Origin: Candidatus Micrarchaeota archaeon
GTDB lineage: Archaea; Micrarchaeota; Micrarchaeia; Micrarchaeales; Micrarchaeaceae
Assembly (NCBI GenBank): GCA_027345565.1
Contig: DAHWIF010000005.1
Location: 13,700 to 77,699 of the forward strand
Length of the DNA: 64,000 bases
Reading direction: 5' to 3'
A program made the translations under genes and the position numbers. Below, one piece after another: positions 58,401 through 64,000 of this stretch. The notes beneath the pieces are model-generated. The model was not told where the DNA came from, searched no databases, and saw only the letters and a list, made by a program, of their open reading frames with translations. Within the stretch, counting starts at the first letter, position 1, and each line of letters starts with the position of its first letter.

Positions 58401-58695
58401 CAGCTTGGCCTGCGGGTCCGCCGGTTCCATCGCTTCCTGTTATTATGGTGCCGTAGTTTATGAAATTACCCGCACAGTATATATCGTAGCCATTCGTGGT
58501 CAGTACAACATTCGTGTCTATAGTGAGATCGATGCAGTTTACAACATTTGCTGACAATATAGTATTAGAACTATACGTTATATTAGAAGTTGCTACATAC
58601 GCCGCGCTGGCGGTGCCCGTCATAAGGATTAGTAGCAAGAAAATAGAAAGAGCAGCAGCTAGGCGGTGGCAATCATAAATAGCCAATTTTTTCAT
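55435..58695 (-). CDS. Giant cell-surface protein: Gly-rich domain, tandem Ig-like repeats, Thr-rich linker, C-terminal TM
   Basis: Signal peptide; repeated D.GQSVT...TGGT.PFT/YTY units; TTTTITTTT linker; TM helix plus basic tail. Confidence 0.88.
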   Translation of the reverse strand: MKKLAIYDCHRLAAALSIFLLLILMTGTASAAYVATSNITYSSNTILSANVVNCIDLTIDTNVVLTTNGYDIYCAGNFINYGTIITGSDGTGGPAGQAGIGVPNSFAGAGGGGGASTVVAGENGGATLVPGGIGGTITSENGNPGNSLASPTISNANIITWSGNFIGYFSSAGGGGGLSGSGIIGGNGVYGLYIQASNIIAGNIVANGIAGGSGALLTSAGAGGGGGAFVLLSYGSGGYTAGTYNTLGGNGGTGATGYGNGGSGGNGNVVAYNYGTIPPLDIITLPSISQSASGYLDAGQSVTFSTSFTGGISPYTYNWIVSNTISGATVANSLYTSPLASNSFAWTIPSSAAGNTVFANVIITDSLSSNSQGSHVTVNSIESGTIKVNAAPSVVSLTPSATTLDSGQSVTYNSEITGGTGPFTANLVIGGTTVNTITGISAGAVFSFGSIVPPVGTDTYNVIATDDGTSIPFIFNSISNTIKVNAAPSVTSITPNAATLDLGQSVTYNSEITGGTGPFTANLVYSNSGVVANSVIDIPIGGTTDLKFIPTYNGVFTFRIIVTDIGTTAPYIFSALGNSVITVNNALSTALAPTAVPKVDAGQTAATDTLPATIGGSGTVAYYWYYSLNGGSTYTAATSSQCAAYSGTATSSLGISCVTPSNIAPGSYTFEVKMTDTASTPVTTTSGASGTATVYNALAGVSLTVSNSIIDVGQHETITYTWSGGTPTYTGNIVVSNSIGTLESKHFSSTSLTTNTLSFTVPSGTQGSYTVTANVFDSASTTVSNTLTNTLVANAIPTVIITPNTTTPVYGSSVKFTIEVLNGSGPTTVKLYNVTTSTPRLMGNVIVANSGATNTIIVSPAAISTFLFRANATDNAGYVFNSTLITITSHGSGSGGGGAGGGLPVATTTITTTTVSPATTTIVPVTTTVPGTAVSSPPTPPKNYTIVGTSYNITSSNKTRTITLPYNCSLPSGRIAPYIYINGTWSKITPFTVNTIACTITFTVPPDPIVAIMESQVTTVPTTTALTVATTVAPTTVVSPPVTPTPSNAALYAAIVIMIAIIIVVAIVTYYNRKNRHRQRVTHRHS
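57126..57544. repeat. Near-identical direct repeat pair of about 129 bp inside the surface protein gene
   Basis: 57126-57256 versus 57414-57544, encoding TIKVNAAPSV...GQSVTYNSEITGGTGPFTANLV. Confidence 0.85.
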
Positions 58696-59158
58696 CTCTA
58701 TGCACGACATAGCATCGAATTCAAATCTTATAAGGCTTATGATTTCGAAGCCTATGCTCAGATCGATGCTCTGGCCGTTCTTAATACCATGGGCCCGCGG
58801 GACAACGGTCCTAAATTCCTCTGGGCTTTCGATGTTTAATGTTAATAAATGCATTTATTTAGATTTATTTGTTAACATAGCCGGCCCCTGTAGCTTCGCA
58901 TGTGTACTGAAAGAAGGAAGTCACAACATCAACCGTAATTATCAGAGCGGCAAGAACCGCCAATACGGCAGTGCAAATGTGGCGATTACTAATAAAAAGA
59001 ATGCGTTGACAACCGCTACAACAAAATATGCCTATGCATCGCTTATGCCCACGATATTGTTTTGTGGAGCAAGAACATATATCCTCACGATGGTTCCGGT
59101 TTGTAACTACACCAAAACCACGCCTGACCGATGTGTAGTCCTTAAGAAGGAAGTGTAG

Positions 59159-59431
59159 TGTAGTCCAGACGACAAGCTTCTCTTCTACGGCCTGGAGAAC
59201 GATGCCGCGGCATCGCAGGTGCGCGCGGTTTCCAAGGCGCTTCTGTCCTATGTATCGACGAAAGGCAAGGGCGTGCCGGGGATCCGCGCGCCGGGGACAC
59301 CCAGGGTGACCGAAGAAGAGGAAACGCAGATGTTCTCCATCATCGCGAAGATGGACATGAAGGAGATGACAAGGGCGCTCAAGACGCCGAAAACGGAGGG
59401 AGGGCAGATAGTTCCAGACGCGGAGCTGTGA
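59159..59431 (+). pseudogene. 3' remnant of a hypothetical gene
   Basis: GC-rich coding-like frame (PDDKLLFYGLEND...AEL*) that begins abruptly after an AT-rich stretch with no start codon. Confidence 0.4.
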
Positions 59432-59477
59432 TGGACCTCAAAAAGTGCGGTTGAATCTTGGCGACCTGTGCCGAAGA

Positions 59478-60107
59478 TTATTTTCCAGTCGGGAGCGATT
59501 CTTTGGCGAGCTCTGCGGGCACCGGATAACCATTGAATTCTGGCAGCACGCTCTTTCCGTAGATCAGCCTGCACAACGCCTCGAATTCATACTTTGCACC
59601 TCTCAGGGCGTTGTGCGGCTTCGGTTCTGCGCCCAAGCCGACAAAATTCAGTATTGCGTCGCCGCTTAGATAAAGACCACCATCCTGGCTCCTCGGAATC
59701 TTAATGCCATTTTTGAGCATATAACCCATACAGACTGAGTGCATATCGAGCATCCATATGGGCAGCCTGAAATCCAACCTGTACCGCTCTGCATATGCGT
59801 TCACGCAGTCCCTATCGAAAGACGGGTTTTGACCTGCAGTCACGTTGCATCTATTGGCCTCCAGGAATAGTCTGACGTCTTCGACGACGTTCTTCGGGTC
59901 GTTGACTGGATCTCTCCTCATTTTATCTAGGTTGAATCCATTTATTTTCATGCCTGCTTCCATGACTTCAGCCCCATGGAACGGATAATATTCCCTGTAG
60001 AACTCATTGAGCCGGCCGTTGTAGGATATAAGACCAACACTAAGTATAGCGCATTTCCTTGGGTTGAGTCCCGTGGTCTCGATATCAAGGACTGCTATGT
60101 TTTCCAG
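59478..60107 (-). CDS. DEDDh 3'-5' exonuclease (DnaQ/oligoribonuclease-like); start is CTG or frameshifted
   Basis: In-frame extension upstream of the listed ORF reads LENIAVLDIETTGLNP; GQNPSFD; HNALRGA. Confidence 0.85.
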   Translation of the reverse strand: MENIAVLDIETTGLNPRKCAILSVGLISYNGRLNEFYREYYPFHGAEVMEAGMKINGFNLDKMRRDPVNDPKNVVEDVRLFLEANRCNVTAGQNPSFDRDCVNAYAERYRLDFRLPIWMLDMHSVCMGYMLKNGIKIPRSQDGGLYLSGDAILNFVGLGAEPKPHNALRGAKYEFEALCRLIYGKSVLPEFNGYPVPAELAKESLPTGK

Positions 60108-60223
60108 ATATCTCGTTGAATCATCAAGTTATATGTCAATTACTATTTATTTAAGATATGCCATTTTATTGGCTTTGTCCGTAAAGTATGATTTGTCCAG
60201 AAAATTTTATTATTGTCCATAAA

Positions 60224-60433
60224 GTCATTTCTTGTTTGTTTTATGATAGAGCCAATCTATACCGAATATTATAACAAACCATGATAAGACCCCGCCAAAC
60301 AATTGACCTAAGAAAAACCCTATGCCTGCAACTGCAACTGGACGTCCAAGTGTCCAAAGAATATCGAGTATTGCAAATATAATAAAAGCAACATTTCTAA
60401 CTGGGTGTTTTTGTGGGTTTTTGTTTTATTCAT
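60224..60433 (-). pseudogene. Small two-TM membrane protein with frameshifted start
   Basis: Frame NPQKHPVRNVAFIIFAILDILWTLGRPVAVAGIGFFLGQLFGGVLSWFVIIFGIDWLYHKTNKK*; ATG one base out of frame. Confidence 0.45.
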
Positions 60434-60440
60434 AAAGACA

Positions 60441-60890
60441 TCACTTACCCTTTCCAAAGAACTTATTAATTTTATCTTGTAGCCCGTCGCCCTGTTTGTT
60501 TTTTGGGCAAGCTTTTGATATGTCTGGTGGTTTATGTTTGCAGATTTTATACAACTTTTCTTCTAAAGGATTTTGTATGCCACTTACATGGCTAAATGAC
60601 TTTACGGCATTCTGAAAATTCCCAGTATATAACCTAAAGGTAACATTCACTGGTATATTGTTGTTTAGTGCTGGTGATTGTAGCTTTATACTTTCTTCAA
60701 CAAAAAACCTACCGTCTTCTTTATCTCTCCCAATAGAAAACGTTATGGATGACGCATCTGCTGACCAACCAATATGATAATTATCAATGCTTTTGCCAAA
60801 TGCCTATTCACATAAAATGTAGTCAGTTTCTGTAAGGTGTTTAAACTCTTCAGAACCAAGCATATTTACTAAAGAATTTGCATTATTCAT
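60441..60890 (-). pseudogene. 149-codon AT-rich gene with an in-frame TAG
   Basis: GAGGG RBS and ATG at 60890; single TAG at 60804-60806; frame stays open to TGA at 60441. Confidence 0.5.
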
Positions 60891-60949
60891 ATTATCCCTC
60901 TTTCCAACCCTGTGCCTCTATTTCCTCCTCTAACTTCTTCTGCACGAAC

Positions 60950-61219
60950 TTAGATAAGTTTATGCTTCTGTCCTCTATGAATCTCTGATGACGGGGTAAA
61001 ATCGTTATAGACTTGGGAACTGCTGGCTCGTCCCTTTTTTGCCCTTTTTTCCTTTACCCTTTTTATCCAGTGTACCCTGACCCTGGGCTTGTCCCAATAC
61101 GGGGAATGGCACTTGACATTTGGGCAGTGCTCTGGCGGCTTTTCCGGATCCTTTGGGATCCATTCATAGCCGCATCTCGAGCATACGAACGCCGTTAGCT
61201 TTATTTCCTTTCTTGGCAT
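60950..61219 (-). CDS. Zn-ribbon microprotein with basic tail
   Basis: CSRCGYEW...CPNVKCHSPYWD. Confidence 0.75.
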   Translation of the reverse strand: MPRKEIKLTAFVCSRCGYEWIPKDPEKPPEHCPNVKCHSPYWDKPRVRVHWIKRVKEKRAKKGRASSSQVYNDFTPSSEIHRGQKHKLI

Positions 61220-61286
61220 TTCAAAAACCTTGCACTAGAGTTTGGCCTGCGCCTCATTATTAATTGTAACGATAGGTATAAATATC

Positions 61287-61311
61287 TTATTGATAGTAAT
61301 ATTATCAATAA
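61287..61311. promoter_or_regulatory. Palindromic operator between divergent genes
   Basis: TTATTGATA-GTAATAT-TATCAATAA in an AT-rich intergenic region. Confidence 0.55.
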
Positions 61312-61347
61312 ATATATTATGCTTAATAATATATTGTGGTGGTGCAA

Positions 61348-61572
61348 TGGCTGGAAAACCGGCAACCCCCAGCGTGTGATGCGATGACCTACGTGCCTTT
61401 AGTGAGATATTGCCCTCGGCATAATGCCAGGCTGCGCATTGTGCGCGTGAACGGGCGGGACAAAGCGTTCTTCGAGTGCCTTCATTGCGAATACAGGGAA
61501 GACGTCTACCCCGAAGCAAAGAGGCGCGGCTGGCCGCATGCCCTTGACAGGATACGGGCGCAGGTGGGATGA
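61348..61572 (+). CDS. Zn-finger microprotein
   Basis: YCPRH...FECLHC; GGTGGTG RBS; TGATG coupling to the next gene. Confidence 0.6.
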   Translation, partial: WLENRQPPACDAMTYVPLVRYCPRHNARLRIVRVNGRDKAFFECLHCEYREDVYPEAKRRGWPHALDRIRAQVG

Positions 61573-61748
61573 TGGCGCGCTACTACTGCCCTAATGACGG
61601 GTCCAAGCTTGTAGAAAGCAGGTCAGACAAGAGCGTCTACACACTTTATTACATCTGCCTTTATTGCGACTTCAAGTACAGGGTCCCAGAAGTGCCTGCA
61701 AGGGCATACAAGTACAGGCTATGCGGTGGTGCAAAACAGACGAGTTGA
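61572..61748 (+). CDS. Zn-finger microprotein (58 aa, not in ORF track)
   Basis: MARYYCPNDGSKLV...YICLYCDFKY; AGGTGG RBS. Confidence 0.65.
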   Translation: MARYYCPNDGSKLVESRSDKSVYTLYYICLYCDFKYRVPEVPARAYKYRLCGGAKQTS

Positions 61749-61753
61749 GTTAC

Positions 61754-61930
61754 ATGGGCAAAATATGCGTGTATTGCGGAAAAGCCGTCAAGAGGATTGA
61801 GGTCGAGCCGGAGACTGCAGAGTTGATTTACAGGGGGTTTTGCAGCATAGAGTGCTACCTTGGATTTATTGCAAAAGTCTCGCATGTGAAAAGCCTGCAG
61901 CCCTTCCTCAAGTCCAGCGAGATGCCGTAA
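61754..61930 (+). CDS. Treble-clef (TRASH/MYM-like) Zn-finger microprotein
   Basis: CVYCGK...FCSIECY. Confidence 0.6.
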   Translation: MGKICVYCGKAVKRIEVEPETAELIYRGFCSIECYLGFIAKVSHVKSLQPFLKSSEMP

Positions 61931-61947
61931 TTGATATGGTGTGAAAG

Positions 61948-62304
61948 TTGGCTGAATTGACCGCATCGCTGCTGCGCAGGGAAGGGGGCGCTTTGACCAC
62001 AGCCGGCTATCGGGCAGCAACCCAGATCTATCGCGCCTGCAAGAAGGACATGGAGATCGTGTTCGGGGCCTGCAAGGGGGACACCGAGGACCTGTACAGG
62101 ATAATATACGGCACCCTCTACGCCATGGAAGAGAAGCTCTCTACAGCGCTCTGCATACACATTGCCGAAGCTGCGTTGGCTGGGATCTACATAAGCGCCG
62201 CGTATCACGGCGCTGGCCTCGCCCATGATCTCGCGCCTAAAATGGTCTCCGCGTTCGTTGACTTCTCGCAAGAAAGCATAGAGAAAGCCGCAATTGTAGG
62301 GTGA
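61948..62304 (+). CDS. Hypothetical helical protein
   Basis: 118-aa ORF continuing the small-gene operon. Confidence 0.5.
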   Translation: MAELTASLLRREGGALTTAGYRAATQIYRACKKDMEIVFGACKGDTEDLYRIIYGTLYAMEEKLSTALCIHIAEAALAGIYISAAYHGAGLAHDLAPKMVSAFVDFSQESIEKAAIVG

Positions 62305-62327
62305 CGCCTATTCCGCACACAGGCTGA

Positions 62328-62618
62328 TCACCCGCTTCGTTTCCCGTACCTATAGTAGCTGTCAACGGTTCCGTACCTGGCCGCTATCCTTCCTTTCAGG
62401 TATCCTGCAATGTCAGACGGCTCCTTCCCTTCAATGAACCTTACCTTAACCAGGAAGCCGCGGTCGCCGTCCGATAGAAACACCTCCTCTATTGGTTTCA
62501 GCGCTATGAGCTTCTCCGCAAGACTCCCAGCATCCACATCAGGCTTTGGTTCTACCAGGTAGAACCTGTGAAATTTTCCCTTCTTGCTTGCGCCGGGCTT
62601 TGCCAGTTTGTCTGCCAT
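62328..62618 (-). CDS. Hypothetical protein with ferredoxin-like (Lrp/AsnC effector-domain-like) pattern
   Basis: FYLVEP...LAEKLIALKPIEEVFLSDGDRGFLVKVRF. Confidence 0.55.
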   Translation of the reverse strand: MADKLAKPGASKKGKFHRFYLVEPKPDVDAGSLAEKLIALKPIEEVFLSDGDRGFLVKVRFIEGKEPSDIAGYLKGRIAARYGTVDSYYRYGKRSG

Positions 62619-62635
62619 GCCTACACCGATAACCC

Positions 62636-62833
62636 TTATCTTGAAACGATGGGAACTGCCTCCAATGTCCTTTCCGCGGCAGATGCACGTTGCCCTTCCA
62701 TCTCGAGCTTGTGCGCGTTTATGTGCCACAGGTACGCGGTGGGATTCCTGTGTTCAGCACCGCACATCCAGCACCTGTACACCTCCTCTTCCGGCTTCGC
62801 GGCCAACCCCACGATCCTATCGGTTATTCTCAT
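62636..62833 (-). CDS. C2H2 Zn-finger microprotein
   Basis: YRCWMCGAEHRNPTAYLWHINAH. Confidence 0.65.
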   Translation of the reverse strand: MRITDRIVGLAAKPEEEVYRCWMCGAEHRNPTAYLWHINAHKLEMEGQRASAAERTLEAVPIVSR

Positions 62834-63044
62834 TGATCCACCCTAATCATGAAGGCATGGAGGGGACCAACGGCTCACGGTAATCTCGGGAACGAGAGAA
62901 TGGGCTTGCCAAAAAAGGAAGCACATTGGTCATATTCCCCACAACCACACCCTTGTATGATTTTACGGGTTTCTTATATTTAAAGCTAGCGCAAATGTAA
63001 CATTTTATAGCGGGATTTGGTCATTTTGTATAGTCGCCTAGAAG

Positions 63045-64000
63045 TTACCTCTCTTTCAAATCCGCCTCGCTCCATCTGAACCTGGTATAGTTGCTCTTTA
63101 TGTCTATGCTCCTGAAGGGGAAGGAGCCTTTTACTATCCCGGTTATCCTCGCGTGCTTTATGTCCGGGTCTTCCTGGGTGAATATGCTCTTGTGGGCTGC
63201 TATGGCGTTCTTCATGGCGTCTGCCCTGTCCTCGAAGAGGCCGATCCCGAGGAACCTGTAGCTCCCACTCATTGGGGCGAGCAGCTGGAAGGTGCTCATT
63301 AGGGGGAAACCTTCGTCGTAGGACTTGTAGTACTCCATCATTCTTACAGATCTCTTGAAAGAGGTACTGTTGAACCTGTAGTTCACCGCATATGCCAGGA
63401 TGTAGCCGAACGGCGGCTTGTTCACCGAGAGCGTGAAGCGCTTTATTATCCCACTCTTCTTCAGGGTAAACAGCCTGTAGTAGAGCGTGTTCCTTCTTAT
63501 CTTCAGCGCCCTCGAGAGGCCGCTCATGCTTGCGCTGCTGTCCTCGGCAAGCAGCATGAGGAGGCTCCTGTCGGTATCGTCTATACCCTTCGCGAACTTC
63601 GATATGGTGGCCTTCGCGATGGGGAAATACCCGAAGTTCGTGTGCATAAGCTCGCTGGGATAGATGTTGACGCCGTAATCGCCCAGCTTGCCTGGCAGGA
63701 GGCTCTCCCACACTATGTAGCTCATCGGGTCGCTCGTCACCGCATGTATGATGAGGTCGAAGGAGCCCTTGCACAGGTAGATGTTGTCCGTGTACGGGTC
63801 ATCTTTGAATATCTCCACCAGCTCCTTCAGTTTGGGCTTTTTGTCCAGCCTGACGATAAGAAGATGCCTCTGGACCAGGCCAAGGGCGTCCTCATCGACC
63901 TCTACGCTGAATCTTATATCGTATGCCGACTTCAGCTTCTTCAGCTCTTTCGTGGCGGTGATCCTGGAGCAGTGGGCCAGATCCGTAAGCTCCCTTATCG
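63045..64000 (-). CDS. Tandem Lrp/AsnC-family transcriptional regulator (5'-partial)
   Basis: IDDTDRSLLMLLAEDSSASMSGLSRALKIRRNTLYYRLFTLKKSGIIKRFT; frame runs to the window end with a second HTH (IRELTDLAHCSRITA). Confidence 0.82.
   Translation of the reverse strand, partial: IRELTDLAHCSRITATKELKKLKSAYDIRFSVEVDEDALGLVQRHLLIVRLDKKPKLKELVEIFKDDPYTDNIYLCKGSFDLIIHAVTSDPMSYIVWESLLPGKLGDYGVNIYPSELMHTNFGYFPIAKATISKFAKGIDDTDRSLLMLLAEDSSASMSGLSRALKIRRNTLYYRLFTLKKSGIIKRFTLSVNKPPFGYILAYAVNYRFNSTSFKRSVRMMEYYKSYDEGFPLMSTFQLLAPMSGSYRFLGIGLFEDRADAMKNAIAAHKSIFTQEDPDIKHARITGIVKGSFPFRSIDIKSNYTRFRWSEADLKER

Overview
The window is archaeal and most consistent with a DPANN archaeon (Micrarchaeota-like). That assignment is an inference from GGTGA Shine-Dalgarno motifs, divergent core genes and LamG-bearing pilins. 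Contents in order: the 3' part of a large Gly-rich surface protein; an operon of three RCK/TrkA-domain genes; tRNA-Gln; a site-2 protease; a type IV pilus/Tad operon interrupted by an intact IS200/IS605 tnpB element and facing four class III signal-peptide pilin/LamG adhesin genes; Hel308, a histone, a compact RNase P RNA, an intron-containing tRNA(CAU), CDC48, EF-1alpha/uS10, aIF5B; two AbiE toxin-antitoxin pairs; glycosyltransferases, an M1 aminopeptidase and agmatinase; the RNA polymerase operon (rpo5, rpo2N, rpo2C and an apparently fused rpo1N-rpo1C); Lsm; tRNA-Ala; and an AT-richer accessory region with a deaminase, a giant surface protein, a DEDDh exonuclease, decayed genes and a cluster of zinc-finger microproteins. 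Most notable: RNA polymerase active-centre substitutions, the rpo1 fusion junction that keeps an internal RBS, K+-channel-like genes with no GYG filter, an unannotated 40-aa acidic peptide upstream of CDC48, and the zinc-finger microprotein cluster around a palindromic operator. All calls were made by eye, without database searches.
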